This document shows, piece by piece, positions 29,023-39,602 of a DNA stretch of 64,000 nucleotides; position 1 is the first letter of the stretch; each line of letters starts with the position of its first letter. The notes beneath the pieces are model-generated. The model ran no database searches. It was not told where the DNA came from and saw only the letters and a program-made list of their open reading frames with translations. Made by a program: the position numbers and the translations under genes. Source of the DNA: Candidatus Micrarchaeia archaeon (GTDB taxonomy: Archaea > Micrarchaeota > Micrarchaeia > Micrarchaeales > CABMGC01); contig JBMFHL010000001.1 in assembly GCA_049976845.1 (NCBI GenBank), positions 43,435-107,434 on the forward strand, in the 5' to 3' direction.

Positions 29023-29228
29023 CCATGCCTCACTACATACTCCATTATGTCTTCTTTAGTAATCTTCTCCCTTTTTTTCTGTTTTGCATTCTTTACTGCA
29101 AATTTCGATATTTCCATCGCCTTGCTTTCAAGCAATTTTGCTACTGCATCTATCCCATCGTCAGTTATATTGGCTTTGGTATATTTTTTAATCAACTTCT
29201 TTATGTTACCTCTAGATAGGCTTGCCAT
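29019..29228 (-). CDS. Archaeal histone-fold protein
   Basis: MASLSRGNIKKLIK...ITDDGIDAVAKLLE...AVKNAKQKKREKITKEDI; GGAAGGTGG upstream of ATG 29228. Confidence 0.85.
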   Translation of the reverse strand: MASLSRGNIKKLIKKYTKANITDDGIDAVAKLLESKAMEISKFAVKNAKQKKREKITKEDIMEYVVRHG

Positions 29229-29437
29229 ATTGCCACCTTCCACAGTTTTGCCTAATTCAGCACTCAAGATCCTCATCACGACATCAGAAAAGATCTCATC
29301 ACAATAGTATTTGCGCAATGCTCTTATTTAATACTTTTCTCAATAAGAATTTATCATGCAGCAAATTCCTTATCAAATCAAAACAACATTTAAATATTTT
29401 CTGTGACAATATATACACTTACGATTTTTGTGATATA

Positions 29438-29764
29438 ATGGCGATAGCAGATATAGATAAAAATTCGTTCGAAAGCGAGGTATTGAAATCAAAGCTACCT
29501 GTAGTAATAGACTTCTGGGCAGAATGGTGCGGTCCGTGCAGGATATTCTCACCCGTATTAGAAAGTATATCTAAGAATTATGAAAATAAGGTAAAATTTT
29601 ACAAGTTGAACACTGATGAGAATCCTGAAATTGCTGTTGCATATAATGTGATGAGCATACCTACGGCAATGCTCTTCGAAAATGGAGAAGTGAAGGCAAT
29701 ATCTATAGGTGCAATTCCTCCAGAGTCCCTAAAAAAATGGCTCGACGACAATTTGAAAAAATAA
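29438..29764 (+). CDS. trxA: Thioredoxin
   Basis: DFWAEWCGPC and SIPT; true start is ATG 29438. Confidence 0.95.
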   Translation: MAIADIDKNSFESEVLKSKLPVVIDFWAEWCGPCRIFSPVLESISKNYENKVKFYKLNTDENPEIAVAYNVMSIPTAMLFENGEVKAISIGAIPPESLKKWLDDNLKK

Positions 29765-29851
29765 TCTCCCAAAATATAGTGACACGCGTCTAATCTGCCA
29801 AAGAATAAAAAGCTATAAAGAGTACCATAGCAAATAATATCAGGTAAGTAG

Positions 29852-31129
29852 ATGGTAGATATATCTTTGCCTAGAGGGACACGAGATTTTAACCCTAGCG
29901 AAAGCATGCTACGCAAGGAAATTATAGCAATTATAGAGGAAGTATTCAAGAGATTTGGCTTTTATCCAATAGAAACCCCGAGTATTGAGACCCTTGATGT
30001 GCTGAATGCAAAAACATACGGAGAAGAGTCGACAAAGGAAATATACAAGATAGAAGGAGAGAATAACGGCCTTATATACGATTTTACAGTCCCTATGTCT
30101 AGATACATAGCAATGAATAGGAACATGCCCTTGCCTTTCAAGCGCTATCAAATAGGGAACATATGGAGGAAGGATGAACCCCAACACATGCGCTACAGGC
30201 AGTTTACACAGGCCGATATGGATATAGTGGGAAGCGACGAAGTAATAAGCGATGCAGAAGTAGTTGCAGCTGCAGCAATGGCGCTAGACAGCCTAGGCAT
30301 AAAAGGATACAAAATCCTCATAAACGACAGGATGATACTGGATGCAGTACTTTCATTATTTAATATAGAATCCCAGAAGCACATGCAGATAATAAGGCTC
30401 ATAGACAAAATCCCAAAGCTCGGTGCAACTACAGTAATAGAGCAAATAGCAGGTCTTGGTATAGAGCGTAAGGTAGCTGAAGAATTAATTTCATTCCTGA
30501 CAAAAGAGGGAGACAATGAAAGCAAATTAGAGAGCATAAGATCAAACATTAGCGGCATTGAAAAAGAAGTGGACAAGTTTGTCCAACTCTTGGAATTGAT
30601 AAGCAAATATCCACTGCTTGGTGAAGTAACAATAGACCTCTCGCTTGCAAGAGGTTTAGATTATTATACAAGCTTCGTATGGGAATTTGTAATGTACAAT
30701 GATGGAAAGCGTCTTCCAACCATAGTTGGAGGGGGCAGGTTTGACAATCTTATCGGAATCTTCTCAAAAAGCAGGCTCCCTGCAACAGGCATTTCTTTGG
30801 GCATAGACAGACTTATGGATCTGTACAAAGTGGATAATGAAAAGAGAACATATGCGAAGGTCTTTGTAGCATATATTGGCGATAATCTGAATTATGCGGT
30901 AAGCATTACAAACGCGATAAGAGCAAAAGGCATATATACGGACCTCAACATCATAAAGCGCAGCATCTCCAAGCAGCTTGAATATGCAAACAGCATGAAG
31001 TTCAAATACACTATTATCATTGGAGATAACGAGGTTAAGGCCGCACAGGTGAGGGTGCGCGACATGGTCTCTGGCAAGGAAGAGCTTTTAAGCCTAAATG
31101 AGGCAATAGGTCTAATCAGTGGTGAGTGA
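29852..31129 (+). CDS. hisS: Histidine-tRNA ligase
   Basis: PRGTRDF, YDFTVP, RQFTQAD, ARGLDYY, GGGRFD. Confidence 0.96.
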   Translation: MVDISLPRGTRDFNPSESMLRKEIIAIIEEVFKRFGFYPIETPSIETLDVLNAKTYGEESTKEIYKIEGENNGLIYDFTVPMSRYIAMNRNMPLPFKRYQIGNIWRKDEPQHMRYRQFTQADMDIVGSDEVISDAEVVAAAAMALDSLGIKGYKILINDRMILDAVLSLFNIESQKHMQIIRLIDKIPKLGATTVIEQIAGLGIERKVAEELISFLTKEGDNESKLESIRSNISGIEKEVDKFVQLLELISKYPLLGEVTIDLSLARGLDYYTSFVWEFVMYNDGKRLPTIVGGGRFDNLIGIFSKSRLPATGISLGIDRLMDLYKVDNEKRTYAKVFVAYIGDNLNYAVSITNAIRAKGIYTDLNIIKRSISKQLEYANSMKFKYTIIIGDNEVKAAQVRVRDMVSGKEELLSLNEAIGLISGE

Positions 31130-31643
31130 ATTGAAGAAGGAAGGAGTAGAGGAGGTAACAAAAGCAGCAATAGAAAGTGGTGGTATACTTGCGAAAGCGT
31201 ATTTCGACATGCAAAGCGAGAAGGCCGAAGACCTACAGCCGTTGATGACGGAACTGGTAAACAATAGCATATTGAAAGCAAAAGGCGTAATCTACTGCTT
31301 CGGGAGCATAGACGAACCCATCAAAATAGGGGAAAACCTATATTCCACAAATGCGGTTCTTACTATACTGTTCAAGGATTTGGGAGCATTGATAAACGTA
31401 GCATTCAATTACTCCCCTGCAGGCGTAGAGATATTGAAACCTGAAAATGAGTATATATTAAAGACAAGTGAACTTCAATCAATAATCCTAGACATTTCAC
31501 AGATAGCGTTGAGCTATTCACAATACATATTAAACAAAGTATTGACAAAGGAAGACTTGGAAAAGCTGAAAATTAATTTAGATCAAAGGGAGAAGTTAGG
31601 CAGAAAGCTCCTAGAAGACTCAAAGAAGAAAGGTAGCGCATAA
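31119..31643 (+). CDS. Conserved hypothetical protein
   Basis: 174-aa ORF overlapping the hisS end; YSPAGVEILKP motif. Confidence 0.7.
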   Translation: MVSELKKEGVEEVTKAAIESGGILAKAYFDMQSEKAEDLQPLMTELVNNSILKAKGVIYCFGSIDEPIKIGENLYSTNAVLTILFKDLGALINVAFNYSPAGVEILKPENEYILKTSELQSIILDISQIALSYSQYILNKVLTKEDLEKLKINLDQREKLGRKLLEDSKKKGSA

Positions 31644-31648
31644 GCATT

Positions 31649-32749
31649 CTATTTTGCAAATCCCCTTAGGAAGAACCTCTTGAGCATAATGCTTGGTCTG
31701 TCCATGTCTCCATATCTGCTCATAAAATCTTCGAATTTAAGCGCCTTCATGCTCTTTCCAAGCAAGTCCAACTCCCTATTGTTCATAGAGGAATAAAGAT
31801 TATTTATGAGCTTATGCAGCCTTATGTCTAATTCGAATCTGCGCCTCCATTCTTTTTCATAAGTAACAAGACTAGCTGCCTTGTCAAAATGATTTGCTAT
31901 TGCATCTGCTGCAAGCAGTGCGGCATTCCCCCCGAATATTATGCCACCGCCAGTCGAAGCTTTAACTTGTCCAGCAGCGTCTCCAATAAGCAACACTCCA
32001 TTCTTTTCGTCTACAAACTTCTTTCTCAACTCTATTGGTATAATGCTTGCCCCCTTAGTCACAACCCTAATCTCTGAAAACTTTTCTCTTAACTTAGGCA
32101 TATGTATAAATTGTTTGAATGCATTCATGCTGTTCCCTCGCTTTGAATCAATTCCTACTCCAACCTCTGTGTTATCTCCATGTGGAGCTATCCATCCAAA
32201 CATGCCTGGCGTTAACATGTTATTAAAGAACAATTCAACTAATCTATCATTCTCACTCTTTATTCTGTATTCAGCCTTGTAGGTAAGTAAATATCTCCCT
32301 ATGCCAGGGAATCTAAAATGCCTCGCAACAGAAGAGACTGCACCATCCGCGCCCACAACTATATTTGATCTCCTGAGCTCCGCCAAAGACCTCTCTGTAA
32401 CACCTTCGTCGTAATTAATGGTAGCTCCAGAGCCCGCAGCATCTTCCCTGCACAACTCGTTGAGTTTGCTCCTATCAATTACATAAGCCTGGGTTTTCTT
32501 ACTCTCGACCCTTAAAGAAACGCTTGGGAAGTGTATCAAAGCCCCGTCCAGCTTGTTAAGAATGCCCTCCCTGTAATTTATGTCGAGTCCCTGCAGCCCA
32601 GAAACTGACAATATACCAGAAGCGTTGTTTATCTGAGCAGTGCTTTTTTTCCTCTCATACACATTCACTTTCTTATCAAGTCTAGCAAGCCTGGCTGCCG
32701 ATATAAGCCCTGCGGTACCAGCACCTATAATAACCACTCTTTTCTCCAT
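31649..32749 (-). CDS. Geranylgeranyl reductase-family FAD oxidoreductase
   Basis: IIGAGTAG, GADG, PGMFGWIAP, GDAAGQVKASTGGGI. Confidence 0.85.
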   Translation of the reverse strand: MEKRVVIIGAGTAGLISAARLARLDKKVNVYERKKSTAQINNASGILSVSGLQGLDINYREGILNKLDGALIHFPSVSLRVESKKTQAYVIDRSKLNELCREDAAGSGATINYDEGVTERSLAELRRSNIVVGADGAVSSVARHFRFPGIGRYLLTYKAEYRIKSENDRLVELFFNNMLTPGMFGWIAPHGDNTEVGVGIDSKRGNSMNAFKQFIHMPKLREKFSEIRVVTKGASIIPIELRKKFVDEKNGVLLIGDAAGQVKASTGGGIIFGGNAALLAADAIANHFDKAASLVTYEKEWRRRFELDIRLHKLINNLYSSMNNRELDLLGKSMKALKFEDFMSRYGDMDRPSIMLKRFFLRGFAK

Positions 32750-32961
32750 TCTGTCACAGCAAACTACTATACTATTTTACAATCCTGCTTATAAATTTAA
32801 ACAATGACATATTTTAACGACAAATCCTAAAAATAAAGATACCAATATATAACTTACGCATTAATTATCTTTAAACATCTCTGCATAATCTTATAGATGC
32901 TTAGATAGACAATAAATATACCAAATGCATAAATATACAAGAATGAATTAGGTAGGTGAAG

Positions 32962-35900
32962 ATGTCTTTGCTGCTTGTAATAATAGAGGCTTTTTTCTCA
33001 ATAGTAGTGCCAGGAGTATTGTTATCACTTGCACTGCTTAAGAAGACAAAACTCCCTATGTTTGAGATAGTTGTGATAGGCTTCATACTCGGGCTCATCT
33101 TCCCTCCAGTGATGGTATGGCTTGAATCCTACTTAATCCCTTACATACATGTTTTTTCATTTTCGGGTTCGCTTTACAACATAAATGTTGTACTGCTTAC
33201 TATATTAGGTATAATACTGTGCTTTCAGCAGAAAGTATTTACCAAGAATCAGATTAAAAAACTCCTTGGCCCAGAAAGCTCAGAATCAGAAGCAAGGCAG
33301 AAATATATCGCATCTTCGAAGGAGAGCATAGCATTGCTGAGAAATGAGCTTTCAGAGATAGGTATAGGTTTAGAGTTGACCAAAAAGCACGAAGCAGAGG
33401 AAAAGGAGCTTGAAAAGAAGCATGAAACAGAAGAAACCCTTCTTTCAAGCATGAGTGAAGAAGAGAGAAACAAAATCTTAAACCTTCACAAGGAGGAAGA
33501 GAGGAAGCTTATAGAGGAGCACGAAGCAGAGGAAAAGGAGCTGCTAAAAGTACACAAGGAAAAGAAAGAAGCAGGAATGCCGATAGTGTGGACTATACTA
33601 CTGCTTCTAATGGCGCTTTCATTTGTGACAAGAATAGTAAACATAGGCGTAGCTCCAAACTATTTTGAATTCGACCCTTACTATGACATGATAAGTGCGC
33701 AATATATATTGACCTACGGGTACCAGTTGTTGTATGACCATTCTGCGTGGCCCACGCTTGCAAATGGAACAATACACAGAATACAGCCGATAGTGCCATA
33801 CCTAGAAGCATACTGGTACGATTTAGCGAATACACACGCAGCGTCAGCGACTAGCGTAGACACAACACTATTAAGCTTGGTAAGCAGCTATTACCCTCCA
33901 ATCATGGCAGCACTGCTAGTTTTTGTGGTATTCATGCTGCTCTATCACGAATACGGCCGCTTCCCAGCATTGGTAGGTGCTTCGATTGCGGCAAGCATGC
34001 CGGCGCTGATAACTACATTTATTGCAGGAGAGCAGCTGCTTGAGCCTTGGGGTATCTTTGCGATGTTCTTCTTCTATGCTGCATATCTGCTTGCCGTGAA
34101 TAACACGAAAGAGAAAAGGTTTGCAGTACTTGCAGGCATAGCCTATGCATCAACATTCCTCGGTGCCCACTACTATACAGTTACTGCTGGGGTACTGGCA
34201 ATATATATAGTGCTCCAAGGCATAATACACGTTCTCAAGAATGAAGACATGCGCGAGTTTTACAAGGTAAACGCAATTGTAATAGCAGTGTTCACAATAT
34301 TCTATCTTTTATACATGCCCTACTCAGCAACGCTAACCGAAAGAATTCCAAATGTGATAGGCATACCCGTAATAATCGCATTTCCTCTCTTTGCGCTGAT
34401 ATTTGCCTTTGTATTAGAATATCTGTCCAGAAGGTATTCAAAGCTTATAGAAGGAAACAAAGTAGCTATAGCAATAGCATCTATAATCTCAATCATAGGC
34501 ATATTTGTAATAGCAGTCGAAGTGCTTCTGGGCAGGTTCAATAAAGATATAAAAGCGCTATCTAGGTTCAGCGTTGCATCGGTTCTAGGCTTTATAATAC
34601 TCCTTCTAATACTCCTGACTCCGCTAGGCAAGCCTGTAGACAAATACGTTGCATTGAGCACACATTTCATAACGCCTTCAATACCTTTGTTCATGACGGT
34701 GCAAGAATATGAACCGACAGGCATAAACTTCAATTTTGGCTCTGCAGGCTTCGGTATAATAGGTTTGAGTATAGGTGGCGTTAATATATTGTTGTGGCTT
34801 ATACTTGCGTTATTCACTGCATTTGAGCTTGCCGCAATATACTACAGGAATTCAAGGATAAGCATACTGATGCTTGCTGCTGTTTGGCCTCTTGCAATAG
34901 CTGGTATGGTAGAAGTGAAATACCTGCCACACTTCGGTGTAGGTTACATACTTGCAATTGGCGTCATAATAGGAGAACTTATAATGTTCGTAAAGAACGG
35001 CTATAGCTTTAATCCTAAGAAATCTGAGCCTTACAATAAACAGGCACTTAACGGACTCTATGCGATAAGCATATTTGTAATCTTATTAGAAGCCACTTCG
35101 CTAATCTCTGTATTCTCAGCAGCAATGAATCAAAATTGCAATGCAATAATTTCAAGCAACAATGCAATAGGATATGATTTGTTCTGCAATCAAGTGCCTA
35201 ACTACTGGCTTTCAGCAACCAACTGGATGCGTGCAAATGTCGGTCCTTTCGGGCCAAGAATACTATCCTGGTGGGACTACGGCGACTGGATTAACTGGTT
35301 CGGAAACAGCAACGCAGTGCTCAGAGGGGACAATGCAGTTGCGACACTAGACTATGCAACCGCAGCTCAATATGTTCTAGGTCCAGCTGATGGTTTCGGT
35401 GCCGGAGAAATTGCCAATTTCATGAATAATGTTGTGCAAGCTAAATATCTACTATTGGATGATCAAATAATGCCTAAATGGGGTGCCCTCGACTTCCTTG
35501 CATGCATAGATGTAAACGAGACAAGTATGCAGTATGCCGAAGCACAGGGCGCAGCTGAGAATCCGCCACAGCCTTATGCGCTTGGCACTTCTTCGTGCGA
35601 ACTGAATCACGATCCCATATTTGCATTGGTTCCATTTAATGCAACCAGCATAAGCAGCTACTGCCAGTTTTCAAATTCTACAGTAACAGCAGTGAAGTTG
35701 TTGCTTCTGACGGGCAATCAGCAATATGTAAATGGCACCTACTGCCTGCCGACAAGCTTTTACAATTCTACAAAACCTGTTAACTTATACAATTCAAAAG
35801 GCGTAAAAATAGCCAACGCGTTTATAATACCCAACGGGGAGTTCTACTATGGTCCCGTAAAAATTTACGGGCAGGAATTCCTTGACTTTATGGTTGTATA

Positions 35901-36153
35901 TACCCCGAATGGGCCAAATGAAACGATAACGAATGCGCCATCAGAGTTCTATTCATCAAACTATTATAGGGGCTTCTTCTTCGGAAAGCTACCCGGGTTC
36001 TCCCTAGTGTATCCAAAGAATTTTACAGGCATAAACTATATCAACTCTACAAACCCTATAATGATACTTCAGCTTAACAACTATTCAGGTAAATTACCAT
36101 ACGTAACCCCAAAGCCAAGCTGGGTAAAAAATAATTACACAATGCCTGGTTGA
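32962..36153 (+). CDS. aglB: Oligosaccharyltransferase AglB (STT3) with N-terminal extension
   Basis: EFDPYY, TVQE and WWDYG motifs; multiple TM helices. Confidence 0.92.
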   Translation: MSLLLVIIEAFFSIVVPGVLLSLALLKKTKLPMFEIVVIGFILGLIFPPVMVWLESYLIPYIHVFSFSGSLYNINVVLLTILGIILCFQQKVFTKNQIKKLLGPESSESEARQKYIASSKESIALLRNELSEIGIGLELTKKHEAEEKELEKKHETEETLLSSMSEEERNKILNLHKEEERKLIEEHEAEEKELLKVHKEKKEAGMPIVWTILLLLMALSFVTRIVNIGVAPNYFEFDPYYDMISAQYILTYGYQLLYDHSAWPTLANGTIHRIQPIVPYLEAYWYDLANTHAASATSVDTTLLSLVSSYYPPIMAALLVFVVFMLLYHEYGRFPALVGASIAASMPALITTFIAGEQLLEPWGIFAMFFFYAAYLLAVNNTKEKRFAVLAGIAYASTFLGAHYYTVTAGVLAIYIVLQGIIHVLKNEDMREFYKVNAIVIAVFTIFYLLYMPYSATLTERIPNVIGIPVIIAFPLFALIFAFVLEYLSRRYSKLIEGNKVAIAIASIISIIGIFVIAVEVLLGRFNKDIKALSRFSVASVLGFIILLLILLTPLGKPVDKYVALSTHFITPSIPLFMTVQEYEPTGINFNFGSAGFGIIGLSIGGVNILLWLILALFTAFELAAIYYRNSRISILMLAAVWPLAIAGMVEVKYLPHFGVGYILAIGVIIGELIMFVKNGYSFNPKKSEPYNKQALNGLYAISIFVILLEATSLISVFSAAMNQNCNAIISSNNAIGYDLFCNQVPNYWLSATNWMRANVGPFGPRILSWWDYGDWINWFGNSNAVLRGDNAVATLDYATAAQYVLGPADGFGAGEIANFMNNVVQAKYLLLDDQIMPKWGALDFLACIDVNETSMQYAEAQGAAENPPQPYALGTSSCELNHDPIFALVPFNATSISSYCQFSNSTVTAVKLLLLTGNQQYVNGTYCLPTSFYNSTKPVNLYNSKGVKIANAFIIPNGEFYYGPVKIYGQEFLDFMVVYTPNGPNETITNAPSEFYSSNYYRGFFFGKLPGFSLVYPKNFTGINYINSTNPIMILQLNNYSGKLPYVTPKPSWVKNNYTMPG
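33386..33542 (+). repeat. Exact 25-bp direct repeat inside aglB
   Basis: AGCACGAAGCAGAGGAAAAGGAGCT at 33386-33410 and 33518-33542 (encodes HEAEEKEL). Confidence 0.9.
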
Positions 36154-36154
36154 T

Positions 36155-37300
36155 ATGATGAAACTTGTGCTAGCGCAGCCCTACCTGACATTGAAGGGTG
36201 GCGCAGAGAGGGTAATACTCAAGATAGCGCAGCATTACGATGCCAAAATATATACAACAGAGTATAACAAGGAAACAACCTTCCCAGAATTTGCAGATGT
36301 TGACATAGAATTAATAAAAAAGAAGGTCCCACTTTCAGGCATGCTCCCATACAGGGCATCGCAAGGCCTTAGATACGGCTACACTTTTTATAATACAAAA
36401 ATAAAAGACGACTACGACTTGATAAATTCACACATATCTCCAAGTGAGTGGATAAGGCACAAAAATAGCAGCGTGTTATGGTACTGCCACACACCTCCTA
36501 GAGAGGTGTATGATCTCTATTCTGTAAGAATGAAAAATAGGAGCTACACCGAGAAGTTCATATATGCGACGCTAACCAATTCATACAAGTTCATAGCTAA
36601 TAAGGTAGTAAAGGAGCTTGAGGGCATAGCAACAAATAGCAACAACACCGCATCGCGCATCAGAAAATACTTCGGCAGAGAAGCAACTGTAATAAATCCT
36701 GCTGTAGACTACAAGAAATTCAAGGACGAAGGAGACAGCAAATACTTCCTATATCCCTCTAGGATAATATCAAACAAAAGGCAGGATTACGCCATAGAAG
36801 CGTTCAAAAAATTCGAGAAGAAAGTAAAAGGCTACAAGCTCATAATTGCAGGTGTAGTTTCAAAGGATAAGGAGCACATCGAATATTTCGAGAAAATAAA
36901 GCGCATTGCAGATGATAATGTAGAGTTCAAAATAGGCATAAGCGAGCAAGCAATGCTAAACCTATATTCAAAGTCTACTGCAGTGTTGTTTGCAGGCATC
37001 AACGAAGATTTCGGTTATGTGCCCCTGGAAGCGATGGCAAGCTACAAGCCTATAATATCAATAAACGAGGGCGGCCCTAAAGAAACAATAGTAGATGGAG
37101 AAACAGGCTATCTAGTAAATTCAACCGACGAAATGGCTTCTAAAATGCAGTTCATAGCAGAACATCCTTTAATTGCAGCTGAGATGGGAAAGAAAGGCAG
37201 GAAGCGCGTGGAGGAAAAGTACAATTGGGAAGTATTCTTCAAAAAATTTGATAAGCTTGCATTGAGCGTAATCAAAGAGAAAAGAGAAGAGAAAGAGTGA
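36155..37300 (+). CDS. Glycosyltransferase family 4 (Alg2-like)
   Basis: GGAERV, YCHTP, EDFGYVPLEAMA, GGPKETI. Confidence 0.92.
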   Translation: MMKLVLAQPYLTLKGGAERVILKIAQHYDAKIYTTEYNKETTFPEFADVDIELIKKKVPLSGMLPYRASQGLRYGYTFYNTKIKDDYDLINSHISPSEWIRHKNSSVLWYCHTPPREVYDLYSVRMKNRSYTEKFIYATLTNSYKFIANKVVKELEGIATNSNNTASRIRKYFGREATVINPAVDYKKFKDEGDSKYFLYPSRIISNKRQDYAIEAFKKFEKKVKGYKLIIAGVVSKDKEHIEYFEKIKRIADDNVEFKIGISEQAMLNLYSKSTAVLFAGINEDFGYVPLEAMASYKPIISINEGGPKETIVDGETGYLVNSTDEMASKMQFIAEHPLIAAEMGKKGRKRVEEKYNWEVFFKKFDKLALSVIKEKREEKE

Positions 37301-37309
37301 AGGATCTAA

Positions 37310-37606
37310 TCAAGAAGTAATAACATATTTTGATATAACCTTAGTTGCATACCCTAAGACTCTCTTTATATCTGCTTCAGTGCTAGAACCTGTGCAGATT
37401 AGTTTGCCATTCTTGAACAGTATTATAACAGCCTTTGGCTCCTTTATCCTAAATATCGCTCCAGGGAACTGCTCAGGCTCATAATCTACCTCCTTCACGT
37501 TCTTAGACAAAGCATATAAATCTATAGTAGCGTGAAGATCCGAGCTAACCACAATATTTTGTATCTTTATTGCAGGTTTCATGTTTAATACGCGTTTCTG
37601 TTCCAT
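37310..37606 (-). CDS. Single-repeat (monopartite) TATA-binding-protein-like protein
   Basis: IQNIVVS...YEPEQFPGAIFRIKEPKAVIILFKNGKLICTG; only one TBP repeat in 98 aa. Confidence 0.9.
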   Translation of the reverse strand: MEQKRVLNMKPAIKIQNIVVSSDLHATIDLYALSKNVKEVDYEPEQFPGAIFRIKEPKAVIILFKNGKLICTGSSTEADIKRVLGYATKVISKYVITS

Positions 37607-37633
37607 GGAATCAAATATTTTATTGCTGTAACA

Positions 37634-37650
37634 GTTTATTAATCTTTCTA
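37634..37650 (-). promoter_or_regulatory. BRE/TATA-like promoter of the half-TBP gene
   Basis: Minus-strand AGAAAGATTAATAAA about 30-40 nt upstream of ATG 37606. Confidence 0.5.
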
Positions 37651-37887
37651 AAGGTAGTGCTTTGTTGATTTAATCTGCTTTATCAGCGAACTTTGCCTTT
37701 TTCAACTAAGCTTAAAGGTGAGAGTATTCCTCATCCAAAAGCAAAATCAATCAGAATCCTTAATTTATCTCTCAAAAATTAGAAAGATATAAAAACATTG
37801 CCTGCATAATAATATCAAGTATATGAATCTATACCCATCAAAAATTCAAAAGCAAATTTTTCTTTCTACTTATAAATTGGTGATATA

Positions 37888-39543
37888 ATGGCTGAAAATC
37901 AAATTGGCGCAGGACAACAGTATCTAATACTCCCAGAAGGAGCAACAAGACTTTTGGGAAGGGAAGCACAGAGGACTAACATAGCAGTAGGCTATGCAGT
38001 AGCTAGTGCAGTAAAAACAACATTGGGACCTAAAGGCATGGACAAAATGCTGGTAAGCGAGCTTGGAGACATAGTTATAACAAATGACGGAGCAACCATA
38101 CTTGAAGAGATGAATGTAGAGCATCCTGTTGCAAAAATAATGGTAGACATAGCCAAAACGCAGGACAAAGAAGTCGGCGATGGCACAACGACTGCAGTTA
38201 TCATAGCAGGGGAGCTTCTGAAGGCTGCGGGAAATTTGATAGAGCAAGGCATACACCCAACTACGATAATAAAAGGATATAAAATGGCAGCATACAAGGC
38301 TCAAGATATTTTGCGTGAAAAAAGCTTTGACATATCTATGGACAATGAAGACAAGCTTGAGAAAATAGCAATGATAGCGATGGGCTCAAAGAACATAGGC
38401 AGCGACAGCACAAAGAAATATCTTGGCAAGCTCGCAATACAAGCAATAAAGCAAGTCTCTGTACAGAATGATGGCAAAATCTCAATAGACCACGACTTCA
38501 TAAAACTAGAGAAGAAGGAAGGTGGCAGCATAGAAGACACCGAATTTATAAATGGCGTTCTTATAGACAAGGAAATAGCGCATCCTGGCATGCCAAAGCA
38601 AGTGAAGAATGCAAAGATAGCATTGCTTGATGTGGCATTGGAGATAGAGAAGACAGAAACAGATGCAAGAATTGAGATAACAAGTCCAGAGCAGATGCAG
38701 TCGTTCCTTGCGCAAGAGGAAAAGATGCTAAAGGAGATGGTAGATAAGATAGCAAAGAGCAAGGCCAACGTGATCTTCATACAGAAGGGCATAGATGACG
38801 TTGCACAGCATTACCTTGCAAAAGCAGGAATACTTGCCGTGAGAAGGGTTAAGAAGAGTGACATGGAGAAGCTCTCAAAGGCAACGGGGGCAAACCTTGT
38901 GACAAGCCTTGACGATCTCAACCCAGAAGATTTGGGCTATGCAGGAATAGTAGAAGAGCGCAAGATTGGCGGAGAGCAAATGGTCTTCGTAGAAAAGTGC
39001 AAGGATCCAAAGAGCGTCACAATATTCATAAGAGGCAGCACCCAACAAGTAGTTAATGAAGTAGAAAGGTCTTTGAACGATGTAATAGGTGCATTGTCAA
39101 GTGCTGTGGAAGAAGGCAAGTATGTGATAGGTGGCGGCAGCATTGAAGTTGATATAGCAAATGGCCTCAGATCTTACTCTAGTGATGTAGGTGGCAGAGA
39201 ACAGCTAGCAATACAGGCGTTTGCGGATGCAATAGAAATAGTGCCGAAAACTCTTGCCGAAAGCGCGGGCATGGATGCAATAGACACCTTGGTACAGCTC
39301 AGGAGCAAGCACAAGGGCTCAGAAGGCCGTGTATACGGCGTAGACGTATTCAAAAATGCTATAAATGACATGGAGAAGCAGGGTGTCATAGAGCCGCTAA
39401 AGGTAAAGGAGCAAGCAATAGCAAGTGCAAGCGAAGCATCAGAAATAATATTGCGCATAGACGACATGATAAGTTCTAGGAGCAAAGCCCCTTCGGGCCC
39501 AGCTCCAGGAGGCGAAGGCGGCATGGGTGGCATGGAAGACTAA
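37888..39543 (+). CDS. ths: Thermosome (group II chaperonin) subunit
   Basis: [27 protein letters not shown]-type tail. Confidence 0.97.
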   Translation: MAENQIGAGQQYLILPEGATRLLGREAQRTNIAVGYAVASAVKTTLGPKGMDKMLVSELGDIVITNDGATILEEMNVEHPVAKIMVDIAKTQDKEVGDGTTTAVIIAGELLKAAGNLIEQGIHPTTIIKGYKMAAYKAQDILREKSFDISMDNEDKLEKIAMIAMGSKNIGSDSTKKYLGKLAIQAIKQVSVQNDGKISIDHDFIKLEKKEGGSIEDTEFINGVLIDKEIAHPGMPKQVKNAKIALLDVALEIEKTETDARIEITSPEQMQSFLAQEEKMLKEMVDKIAKSKANVIFIQKGIDDVAQHYLAKAGILAVRRVKKSDMEKLSKATGANLVTSLDDLNPEDLGYAGIVEERKIGGEQMVFVEKCKDPKSVTIFIRGSTQQVVNEVERSLNDVIGALSSAVEEGKYVIGGGSIEVDIANGLRSYSSDVGGREQLAIQAFADAIEIVPKTLAESAGMDAIDTLVQLRSKHKGSEGRVYGVDVFKNAINDMEKQGVIEPLKVKEQAIASASEASEIILRIDDMISSRSKAPSGPAPGGEGGMGGMED

Positions 39544-39580
39544 TCTTCCATCTTTTTTCTTATTCTTTTTTATTACTTTA
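39544..39580 (+). terminator. Putative oligo-T terminator
   Basis: T6 and T7 runs directly after the thermosome stop. Confidence 0.45.
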
Positions 39581-39602
39581 TTTCATATTCTTTCTTGATT
39601 CA

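Noticed and set aside
29222..29437. N-terminal extensions of thioredoxin and of the histone (ORF-track start 29318)
   Set aside because: Extensions run through the divergent promoter region; downstream ATGs give normal-sized proteins
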